Shown here: piece by piece, positions 24,843-35,908 of the stretch
How positions within the stretch are numbered: the first letter of the stretch is position 1
Layout: each line of letters begins with the position of its first letter
Assembly (NCBI GenBank): GCA_964035545.1
Contig: CAXIUT010000092.1
Location: 35,258 to 71,165, forward strand
Length of the DNA: 35,908 nt
Direction of reading: 5' to 3'
DNA from: Bugula neritina
Taxonomy: Eukaryota; Animalia; Bryozoa
Position numbers and translations under genes: made by a program
Notes under the pieces: generated by a model
What the model was told of the DNA's origin: nothing
The model's database searches: none
Seen by the model: the letters and a program-made list of their open reading frames with translations, nothing else

Positions 24843-24914
24843 AGGAACAGACCGGAATTGAACCGGTGACCTTAGGACCTGCAATCCCACGCTCTACCAC
24901 TGAGCTACTATTCC
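24843..24914 (-). tRNA. tRNA-Cys (GCA)
   Basis: GGAATAGTAGCTCAGTGGTAGAGCGTGGGATTGCAGGTCCTAAGGTCACCGGTTCAATTCCGGTCTGTTCCT folds into a cloverleaf with GCA anticodon, U73 discriminator and A/B boxes, followed by an oligo-T Pol III terminator. Confidence 0.96.
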
Positions 24915-25020
24915 TAACTAAACAACTCACACATACTATCTTTATTAGCTAGTTCTAAACTCCAGTCTTTTTCGATTTCATCTTTATCTCGTCCTTTATT
25001 TAAATTTATTATCTAAATAG

Positions 25021-25998
25021 ATGAACAGAGCGTAAATGAGTAGATCGCTGGAGATCCGTCCTCCAGATTTCCAAAAAGACGTCATCATACCTCAAATCTA
25101 CGACCTTAAAAACATAAAACTAATCCAAAGTCATAACTACAAAACCAGTCCCATAAATAAAGTAGTATAGTTGAAAAAGAAAAAGATCCAAGAAGTAATT
25201 AAGACAATAGTAAACAAACCAATAACTAAAACAATCAATTCTAACGCTTTACATCAAACCTTGTCAACTAAAATGGGTGAGAGTCAAATAAAAAGAAAAC
25301 CTCATTCTTAGATATTGGGAAATATGTAGAATGAAGCGCTTTTTATGGATATCGACTAACAAATAGGAGAAATGATCACTTTGGCCTAGTAAAATTTTGT
25401 GCCTTTTGCCTAAAGAGTCAAAAGCGTTCTTTAAAAAGCTAAATATAAATCAGAAAATCACTAGCTTAAAGAAAAATAAAAATAAGCCAACTATTTCATG
25501 AAAGTTATATGTTAAAATCCTAAGAAAGGCCTTGATCCTTAAAAAAATAAACCTATTAAAGGTCTTATTGATGAAATAAATGAACTGCAGAAGATAGGAA
25601 AAGGCAAAATTCAAAAAAGAAGAGTTCAATCTGCTGGTTTAGTTCGTAAGAAAGAAAACAGCTTTGGATCTGCTTCTCGTCTTTACTAGTCGAGGTATCA
25701 AGATCGAACAAGTTAGAACTTGAAGAAGAAGAAGTCGATGGGTGAGCAGTTGAATCATTCAAAGAGTATAATAAAGACAATAAACTAGTGTCTTGAGGAG
25801 CAGAGCAAGGCTAGCAAGAGGGTGAATATGTAGATGGGTGAGATGAAGTAGTAGTGGGGAAAGGAGGGTTGTTTGCGTAAGACATTTATCCGTTCAAGTA
25901 GTACAATAATAAATCCATCAACATTAAATACGTTGAAGTAGAAGAGGTTGCGAGTTCAGGCTTTGGTGAGGATGGACAACAATTATTTTAGAAAATGA
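25021..25998 (+). CDS. Hypothetical basic protein (325 aa)
   Basis: Intronless ATG-TGA ORF under UAR=Glu; no recognised domain. Confidence 0.7.
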
Positions 25999-26024
25999 TA
26001 TTAATATGGATGAATATATTAAAA

Positions 26025-27830
26025 TCATTTGAATTAATGAGATTAGATTCCAAAGATTTGATAGATGATTTATTTGGTTGTTTTATGTAGTTGTTTTTAT
26101 ATAAAAGTTGAATAGTTTATTCCTGGTAATTTGCCTTTAAGTAAATCGTTCTAATGATTGTTTTATATCAGTTATATCTTCTAGTTTTTTAATGATTATT
26201 TCAAATTCTATATATGCTATCGATCTTCTCTTGTTTGTTCGTTGTGATCAGTAGCTAAAAAGCTATAACGATAGCATGATGACATCTTGATTGTGATTTG
26301 TTTTGTAGTCTAAATGACTGATCTTTTAGTATCTTTATGTGTGTTTTTTATTCCTTGTCCTAATATCAGACTGAGATCTGAGTATCTGATTTATTTTTTT
26401 CTTAGTAAGGCTTCTTCTAGATATTTTATTTAAAAATTATTTTAGGTGCTTTTTTTTATACTTGCATTGAGTTATGTATCAAATTTTTTTTATAGAATTA
26501 ATTATCTTAATGAATCTATTGTTTTTTTGAGAGATGTTATTATTTTGTAGCTTTTCATGTTTTAGAATAAAACGTTTGATGATTTGAGTTAGTTTTCAAT
26601 AGAATCTATCTCTTTATAAACTTTAAAAATATCATTACTACATATGATTCCATTTTGATCGATATCCCAAAATCTAAAGGAACAAACAGCCCATACTCTA
26701 GAACTGGCTGTGACTATGATCTCTACTAAATGTTTATAATCTTCTATTTTGAGGTCGTCATAGATCTTACCGTTGAATTAAAAGAATTGGTAAAATAAAG
26801 AAGCTAAACTTTTAACCACATATTTAGGATTACTAAGATAATCCATAAATAATTATTTTGAGAATTGAGGTTTAAAAATAAAGTATTTAGATTTATCTAG
26901 TGTTGTTTGAAGGTTGGTTTTGCCTGAAGTAACATTAGTTAGCATTTGACTGTTATTCGATTGATTGGTGAGCATACCTGATTGGTCTTTAACCAGAATG
27001 GATGTGATATTATTTTAAAGTTAATTTTATTTTTTATTTTTTTTAGTAAAAAGTTACCAAAAACTATTACTAATTGAATACTTGTCTATTTATATTCTGG
27101 TGATAGATTTAGGACTTGATTTTATCTTTTACAACCTGCTTCTTCCATCGATTGTTTGAGCTATGGGTGTTAGTTTTGATTTTTTTCTATCATACACATG
27201 TCTATCATGTCTGTCATCTTATTATATAGCACTAATAAAACTTGAACCTTTATATCTATCTACATCGTCCATACTTTTATCTAGTGATTGATTAGAATTA
27301 TATTTATTTTAAAATGATGTTTTGTTTTTTCTTTGCCTATATGATAAAACTGACTCCTAAATCTAACCCATTGACTACCTATACCCTCTTGATTCTCTAT
27401 AACTACCGATTGATGATCTTTGACTCCCCATTTACTCTTTAATGCTATTTTTTTGTTGATTTATTCCATAACTTGTTTTCTTTACGAGATGAGGCAGATT
27501 GTGATTCATTCTTTTTTGCAGATTGGCTTTAACTTAGTTTAATCTTTTATTTTGCATGTCGATTGCTGATGTTGATTTGCTGTTGGTGATCAGGCTGCTA
27601 TCTAGAGTTAGATCTGGAGGGGTAAAGTTTGATTTTTTTGGGTTGAATTAACGGGTATAGTTGACCATATTTCCATATAGACGTTCTTTTATGAATTATT
27701 TTAGACAGTGTCCCATTAAAGTTTATGCCTATTTTTGCATAATAATGGGAGGTGGTGGTTCTGACTGAGCCGGATCTATGTGGGAGGTGAAGTTGGAGCT
27801 GTAGCCTTCAGGAATTTATCTTCTTTTCAT
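26025..27830 (-). CDS. EF-hand-containing protein (601 aa)
   Basis: SFRFWDIDQNGIICSNDIF EF-hand in frame with both the ATG and the TGA; calcineurin-B-like context. Confidence 0.7.
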
Positions 27831-27869
27831 AATTGATATTTGCTATAATTTTATTTACTATTATACATA

Positions 27870-28583
27870 TCATAATTTTTATCTGAATTTGTTTTTAAGT
27901 CTTAGCAATAGCTAGCAATATCTCTCTATTATTTTATTTTTTTAAGATACAGTTTCTTATAGTTTGCTAATCTCATTAACATTTCTAATTGACCCAGAAT
28001 AGTTGATTTTATTACTTTATAGTTCTAGTATTCTAGCTTAAATATACTTCATGTTATCATCTTTTCTATTAAGCTGTTGAATGATGGGTTAGATAGTATT
28101 TAGTTTATGTTTGTATTATTATTAATTTTTGATTAAAACTCTATCTTGTTTTTATTTGTATTATTGGAAGTTGATCTGGAAGGTTTGGATTTATTATTCG
28201 TAACGATTTTGCATATTTTTGAATGACTATATCAGTTATTATAAAATATTTACTAAACTTTAGGTCTATCTTTACTATACGATTGAGGTTTATATTTTCT
28301 TTTGATTTTTCTATTGATTATTCTCACTTTCTTTCCTTAGCCTCTATATCTAAGTGTTTAGTATTTCTATGTTATTGTGCATATCATGGATCTGTTGGCT
28401 TTGATATTAGTTTTGATTATTATCTTTATTGAACTACTATATTGATTACGTGAGTTCACTGTTGACCCGGATTAGTTCTTCAAGAGACTATTTCAGTAAG
28501 TTGTTTTACTATTCTAGTTAGTTTATTTTCTACTGGTATTTTACAATCTAGCTCTTCAAGTTATTCTTTAATTGATAAGTCAT
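27870..28583 (-). CDS. Coiled-coil protein (~237 aa)
   Basis: Heptad-rich E/K/N ORF (LKSEIVKYQEKINELEEENNLLKESLEEL); ends LKNKFREKL-TGA. Confidence 0.6.
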
Positions 28584-28632
28584 ATCTAATATTATAATCT
28601 GACTCAAAATAGTATTCAATTCAGCAATACAA

Positions 28633-28923
28633 TCACTTCTGGGTCTGAGAGGCTTCCACTGAGAAACTGAACATCGACATCATCTTGTTCAAATAGCTAA
28701 GCATGTCCTCTCCGTAGTTGTAGATGGCCGATTCTTGTCCTTCAATCTATTTTAAACACTATCATACCTGACTTGTATAGGAACAGATCTCATCCAACTC
28801 CTATAAACTGCTCTTCAACTCATCCAACAACTACTTCTTGGCCATATCGTTGGCCTACTCACGCATTTCGTAGAGATTTACGATCATGTCGCTTGCTGAA
28901 GTGTCAGGAACTTATTGGCTCAT
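28633..28923 (-). CDS. Small acidic helical protein (89 aa)
   Basis: MSQEVPDTSASDMIVNLYEMREE...EASQTQK-TGA with one 21-nt intron that contains an in-frame TGA. Confidence 0.65.
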
Positions 28924-29106
28924 TAAGTAATATTATAGTTAGACTCGATACAGTCTAAATTATATCTCAAAAGCAAGAGTCAAATGTTTAGTACTTTAAA
29001 TACATTATTTTTGTTATTTTTAATTATTTTTCTGTATTTATATTTATGAATATTATATATTATTCTTGGTGGTTTTTCTTGCTTGATATCATAAAAATTG
29101 ATATAA

Positions 29107-29733
29107 ATGTAATAAGAGAATTAGTAGAGAGAAAGCTAGCTGTATAAGTAATTATTTAGGCCTGAAGCTCTCTGCTATTTCTGTAAACTTCCTTAAGAAA
29201 TGCTACATTGTGATATTCTGATGGACTATACTTCTTGTAAAAAAAATATTTGTCTAAAATGTTTTAAAAAACAAAAAGATGATAGCTGTCAATGTGGACA
29301 TAAATACGAGTAACACTATTGGAGAGATAATAAAATGAAAATAACTCTGAAGAATAATGTGATGATAGAGGATGCTAAAAAGCTATTTCCTAAAGAAAAT
29401 TAGATAAGAAAGAACTAGCTATTTCAAAATTTAGATAGTGATTTAATTAATTTAATGACATATTTGAAAGTTAATAAAGTACCAATATCATCCAAAAGAA
29501 TAACATATGCTACTCTTGAAGATAGTATTAAGAGTGCTATTCGATAGAAAAAAAAGAAATAGGAAAGGAAGTTGAGTAATGAACGTTCTACAAGGAAAAA
29601 AGCTATTTATGTGAATCGTACTAAAGATCATCAATAAAATGGGTTGTAATCCTGTGGATATGATCGCACTTTCCATAAAGGATATCATATTGTACTTCAG
29701 TCTTTCAAAAATGATTTTAAATCTTAAAAATGA
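29107..29733 (+). CDS. Zinc-finger (RING-like) protein (208 aa)
   Basis: CYFC...C....CLKC......CQCGH cluster in an intronless ORF. Confidence 0.6.
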
Positions 29734-29841
29734 GTTTTATTCATATTAATATCAATAATATTTATCAATATAGTTTATGAGGGTATATTAAAATGAATCA
29801 TAACTACAAATCAAATCAATTAATTGTAAAAAATAATCAAT

Positions 29842-30312
29842 ATGATAAATAACAAACCTGCTCCTAAGAGTCCATAAGACCTGATCTACGACTAAGTTGA
29901 TGATTACAACCGTATTAACTTTGGAAAGGTGGCATAGAACGAGTTGAGCAAAATACCATAGGCAGCCAATAATTAAAAATTGAAGTTGGGAGAGCTGAAT
30001 AAGTATGAGTAAGTATTTAGAAATTATTACTATTCTAGTCAGATTTTAACTGATTCTAAAAATAATGATTTTTTTGATGAGGCCATTCGACAAGTACACC
30101 CTTCTGTTAAAATGAAAACTCCAGCCAAAAATCTATTGAGATTGATCAATAAAGTTTTTGTACAATAACTTGCTGAAACATGTTTTTAGGTGCTTCAAAA
30201 AAACAATGGAGAAGATATTGATGCAGAAGTAGTTGAAGATGCCTGGAGATTGATGTAAAAAAGAAAAAATAAAAATATAAAATATTCTAAATTGTTGAAT
30301 GATTGTAACTGA
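29842..30312 (+). CDS. TAF11-like histone-fold protein (156 aa)
   Basis: LNKYEEVFR...INKVFVQELAETCFEV...VVEDAWRLM resembles TAF11 LNRYExxRR...SKVFVGEVVEEA..V...REAVRRL. Confidence 0.62.
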
Positions 30313-30380
30313 CTTATTAAATTATAAATTATGTATCATTCGCCTTTAATTAGTATTGGTTGTTTATAATTTAGGTTTAT

Positions 30381-30463
30381 TTGGGGTTGGGGTTGGGGTT
30401 GGGGTTGGGGTTGGGGTTGGGGTTGGGGTTGGGGTTGGGGTTGGGGTTGGGGTTGGGGTTGGG
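30381..30463 (+). repeat. Internal right-end-type telomere (TTGGGG)n
   Basis: About 14 TTGGGG units, 68 nt after the last gene's stop. Confidence 0.97.
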
Positions 30464-31055
30464 ATGCCAAAGGACATCTTCTCGGAAGATTGGCCTCTTA
30501 CCTAGCTAAAACACTCCTTAGTGGTAAAAGTTTATTCATTCAGGACAAAGAGTAGCTGTTGTCAGATGCGAAGGTATCAATATCACTGGATCTCTCTTTA
30601 GAAATAAAGTTAAGTTCTCAGAGTTTTTGAGAAAAAGATTGTTAACCAATCCAAGAAGAACCTTCATCCACTACAGAGCACCATCCAGAATTCTCTGGAG
30701 AACAGTAAGAGGAATGATGCCTCACAAAACCAACAAAGGAGCTATTGCTCTTGGCAGATTAAAAGTCTTCGAAGGAGTTCCTGCTCCTTACGATACCAAG
30801 AAAAGAGAAGTTATCCCTGATGCTCTTAGAGCAGTTAAACTCTCATCTTTCAGAAAGTTCTGCAAATTAGGAGATCTATCTAAAGAAGTCGGATGGGGAA
30901 AGCGAGATTTGATATAAAATCTCTAGAACAAGAGAAGAGAAAGAGCTGAGGCATGGCATAAGAAGAGAGTATCAACTGCAAACACAGTTAGAAAGGCACT
31001 TAACTTGAAGGAAATTGATAAGGTGAAGGCTCAATTGGCAGAGTACGGCTATTGA
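30463..31055 (+). CDS. RPL13A: 60S ribosomal protein L13a (uL13), 5'-truncated at the telomere junction
   Basis: [70 protein letters not shown]. 20-nt intron at 30524-30543. No start codon in frame. Confidence 0.96.
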
Positions 31056-31122
31056 TCTCTATTTAAAAAATATGAATGACAATAATTTTCAATTCGTTAT
31101 AAGTAGATAATAAATAGTTTGT

Positions 31123-31374
31123 ATGGCTAGTAAAGAGGGAGATTTAAAGGAGGATAAGAAGAAGAGTGAGGGGAATGAGGTTCATTTGACGATCGGTCGT
31201 GATAACAGGAGACGTCAGAAATTCGATTCTATATTTAAGATGTAGGTGGAGCACCGTAAGACATTTAGTCATAGTCGTTATAATTCTCAGCCGGAAGTAA
31301 TCAATGATAGCTATATAACTTAACAAAAGCCATCTTCATAGACTTGGTGTACTGAAAAATGTCATATTTATTGA
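31123..31374 (+). CDS. Small protein (83 aa) ending in CaaX-like CHIY
   Basis: MASKEGDLKEDKKK...WCTEKCHIY-TGA. Confidence 0.55.
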
Positions 31375-31405
31375 GTCATATGCTAAATGATATTTTAAAT
31401 GTTAA

Positions 31406-31455
31406 TATATCAATTAGTTCATAACTGAAATATATCAATTAGTTCATAACTGAAA
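31406..31455. repeat. Perfect 25-nt tandem duplication TATATCAATTAGTTCATAACTGAAA
   Basis: Two exact copies immediately 3' of the kinase stop codon. Confidence 0.92.
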
Positions 31456-32802
<1,347 letters not shown>

Positions 32803-32947
32803 ATTTTCAATATTTTATAAATATAATCTTTTTCACTAGAAATAGAAGTCCCATTAAAAGGATACTTATCGAAAGTTAATTTCTATTCGAATCATAAACT
32901 ATTATGTTGAACTTTTGATTTAATACATTTGAACATATTTTACTTAA

Positions 32948-33942
32948 ATGACTACTAAAACTCCTGGAGATCACTCTGGTATCGACAGACAGATAGCATA
33001 AGTCCTTACATGCAAGCCTCTTCCAGAAGCAGAAATCAGAGCTCTCTGCTAAAAAGTATTTTTCTCTCAATCAGGCCAAAGAGATTTTAACAGAAGAAGC
33101 CAACGTAGTTCCAGTGAGAGCTCCTGTTATAGTTTGTGGAGATATTCATGGGCAATTTCATGATTTGATGGAGCTTTTCTAGATTGGAGGAAAAGTACCT
33201 GAATCAAACTATCTTTTCATGGGAGATTATGTCGATAGAGGTTAATTTAATGTAAATTAGGACATCATAGCGTTGAGACTGTTACTTTGTTAATCGCTCT
33301 TAAGGTCAGATACAAAGACAGAATCACTATCCTTAGAGGAAATCATTAATCAAGACAAATTACACAAGTGTATGGATTTTATGATGAATGTTGTCGAAAG
33401 TATGGTAATTCTAATGTTTGGAGATGTTTGACTGAACTATTTGACTTCCTTCCTTTGACTGCAGTCGTATAAAATCAATTTTTCTGTTTACATGGAGGAT
33501 TGTCTCCAAGCATATAGACTTTGGACAATATTAGAGCATTGAAGAGATTCCAATAGGTGCCTCACGAAGGTCCAATGTGTGATCTTTTATGGTCTGATCC
33601 TGACGATAGAGCTGGCTGGGGTATGAATCCTCGAGGAGCTGGTTATACATTTGGTCAAGACATTGCTGAACAATTCAACCATACGAACAACTTGAAGATG
33701 ATAGCTCGTGCTCATCAATTGATGATGTAGGTAAATGAGATATGATATAGGGATATACAAGTACTCATAACAAAAACGTTTCTACAATATTTTCTGCTCC
33801 TAACTATTGTTACAGATGCAACAATATGGCGGCTATAATGGATGTGGATTAGAATTTGAAGCAGACTTATATTCAGTATGACCCGGCTCCTCGGAAGGGA
33901 AATGAGGTGTTGAAGAAAAGAGTTCCTGACTATTTCTTGTGA
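32948..33942 (+). CDS. PP2Ac: Protein phosphatase 2A catalytic subunit (311 aa)
   Basis: GDIHGQ, GDYVDRG, RGNH(E)[15 protein letters not shown](E)[24 protein letters not shown] and C-terminal PDYFL. Introns at 33056-33074, 33241-33260 and 33731-33750. Confidence 0.96.
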
Positions 33943-34010
33943 TGGGTAAATAGATGGATATCGATCCAATATTATTTGAACACTATTTTTAATAATTTAA
34001 ATCATAGAAT

Positions 34011-34653
34011 ATGAGTCAGCTTAGTCAAAAATCATAAGAGTTTATGTAAAAGATATTGAAGTATTATCCGATGGCTGGCTAATAAAAATCTGAGCCAGTA
34101 AAACCGAAAGAACAGCATTTACATGATTACCGAAAAGTATAAATATTGTTAGATAGGAAAGATAGATTTATGACAAGACAACTAAATAGAAGTTATAGAA
34201 TATATATTTTTTAAGGAATAGGGAAATACTAATTATAAAAATGGTCGATTACAATAGGCAAGTTATTTTTACCAAAAAGCAATAGTATATTCAGATTATA
34301 CCTTTCCATAAAGTTAGCAATAGATATTAAAAATGTAGCAACTATTGCAACAAACTAATTGTAATTTAGCTATTTGCCTCATTAAATTGAACCAATGGTA
34401 AAAAGCTAAAGTTAATTTGTTAGAGGCTGCTCAAGGAAAAGATCTAAAAACAAAGTCTAAAGGACTATATTGGCTGAGTCAGTATCATCTCAATAGGGTG
34501 TAGATAGAATAGGCTCGAGAGGTGATAGATCGATTGAAACAAATGGGTGCTCCTCATGATGGATGTGTTGAGTAGTTGAGATAGAAGTTAAGATAGGTGT
34601 AAAGGAAGAGGAAATAGTAATAAGTAAAGATGTCAAATAAGATGTTTTCATGA
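34011..34653 (+). CDS. TPR-repeat protein (FKBP/cyclophilin-type TPR), apparent 1-nt frameshift near 34207
   Basis: KEEGNTNYKNG..A..FYQKAI..DYTFP...CNLAICLIKL. One 20-nt intron at 34137-34156; the frame needs one extra base in a T-run. Confidence 0.75.
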
Positions 34654-34751
34654 TAATAATATGATTCACTATTATTGTTTAATTATACTGATTTTTGCTA
34701 TTTCTTGGCAGTCGAGATCATTGATTCAGTATATAATATTCATCAATTGCC

Positions 34752-35759
34752 ATGTTCACTGACTATGTTTCTTCTCAACCTTCTAATCCACCTCATAATG
34801 ATAGTAGTCAGAATCAAGGAACAGGATTCTTGTCTCTCAATGTCCAGTATTAGATCTGCTCAAGATTTATGAAAAAAGCTGGAGAAGGGCTCCATCAAAA
34901 AGAACTTGAACTTATACAAAACACATCGAAATTTTTTGATAAAATACAAGATAACATGACTTTTCAGAAAGACATCTCTACAACTCAAGAAAGTCTGACT
35001 TAAACTTTCTTCGATGAGGAAGATCCCTTCTCGCAGCCCTCTAAAAGTAAATTGTTATTGCGAAAAAGTCGATCTAATTGTAATTTGAGACGTACAGAAA
35101 GTGGATTGAACTAGGCTTTAAGATAGGTTCAATCTAAATGTTCTGAAAGAACCTCATCTATGCTATCTAACTTGGCATCTTAGTTCAGAAAAAATAAGTA
35201 GAAACTAGCCTGTTCCGAGAAGTTGTACTTTCTATTTTATTCAGTGAGAAAGAACTTAAACGTTTGGAGATTAAATTCAACTGTTCGTAAGAGGAGTTGC
35301 TAGTGTAATTCTTTTTTATTGAAGACATCGGAAAAGAGTCAGCGACCTTTAAAACGATAATAAAATGATCAACTAACAACTTCAAACTTTAAGAAAACGT
35401 CTAAAATAAGTGAATGATCAAAGCAAGCCTTCCTCTCTTGCTTTATCAAAGTCTACAGATCAAATTAAAACCAGTAATACTGCTAGTCCTACAGACAAGA
35501 TGAGAAGATATCTTGAATAGAAATAGGCAAGGATCTTTAAGAAGGTATTTATGATATGATATAGTAAAAAGAGATAAAATCTATTCAAGATCGTATACAG
35601 CAGACATTGTAGAATGCATTATCTCCTTCTTGTTGTGATAAGTGTTGTGTGATGATGAAGAGGATAAAGGAGGCGATAATGAAGTATAGATCTTTTCTTT
35701 AGGAGGAAATAAATGCTGCTTAAAACTGTTATAATCAGTTTAAAAGTCAATTTTCTTGA
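34752..35759 (+). CDS. Hypothetical coiled-coil protein (~315 aa)
   Basis: Three 20-nt GT-AG introns give a continuous ATG-TGA frame. Confidence 0.65.
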
Positions 35760-35834
35760 TATTTATTTACAAGTAATCCTTCAATAATATAAATAAATTA
35801 TTTACAATTTATGATCTTAAAAAAGAATAATCAA

Positions 35835-35908
35835 TGGGGTTGGGGTTGGGGTTGGGGTTGGGGTTGGGGTTGGGGTTGGGGTTGGGGTTGGGGTTGGGGT
35901 TGGGTGGG
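35835..35908 (+). repeat. Right telomere (TTGGGG)n
   Basis: G4T2 repeats run to the window end. Confidence 0.98.

Noticed and set aside
24843-24914. Possible suppressor tRNA or UGA=Cys recoding
   Set aside because: The anticodon is an ordinary GCA, and no conserved gene needs an internal TGA once short introns are removed.
701-30312. Functional cluster of nuclear genes (MORC, La, SET, RPA1-like, TAF11-like)
   Set aside because: They are interspersed with unrelated genes in mixed orientation, with no evidence beyond chance in a gene-dense eukaryotic chromosome.
30340-30380. Resemblance of the minus-strand TAAACAACCAATA to the Tetrahymena chromosome breakage sequence
   Set aside because: The match is only partial, it is absent at the other two ends, and Cbs is normally eliminated from macronuclear DNA.
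30464-30520. ATG immediately after the internal telomere as the RPL13A start
   Set aside because: ATGCCAAAG is out of frame with the conserved [11 protein letters not shown] sequence.

Overview
AT-rich ciliate macronuclear DNA. It begins with a (CCCCAA)n telomere, carries a (TTGGGG)n tract at 30381-30463, and ends in a second (TTGGGG)n telomere. Positions 1-30463 look like a complete ~30.4 kb telomere-to-telomere minichromosome. It is joined directly to a 5.4 kb right-end fragment that starts inside an RPL13A gene, probably a chimeric join. The supplied ORF track is misleading because the DNA uses a non-standard code. TAA and TAG fall at invariant glutamates in PP2A, myosin, a kinase, an EF-hand, a SET domain and an FMN reductase, so UAA/UAG = Glu and only UGA = stop. 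This is the peritrich-type code (NCBI table 30), not the Tetrahymena/Paramecium UAR = Gln code. Re-translated by hand, the window holds about 29 tightly packed protein genes (spacers often 5-70 nt) with mostly 20-nt GT-AG introns, plus one tRNA-Cys. Highlights are a Kelch-MORC fusion with a degenerate GHKL ATPase, a La-motif/DUF3223 (Mlp1-like) protein, a divergent RPA1/Teb1-like protein, a myosin with IQ and RCC1 tail, a dually acylated bacterial-type FMN reductase, a stand-alone SET protein whose ATG is 5 nt from a divergent gene, and a secreted NxVxG-repeat protein. All calls are manual translation plus motif recognition; no database searches were run.
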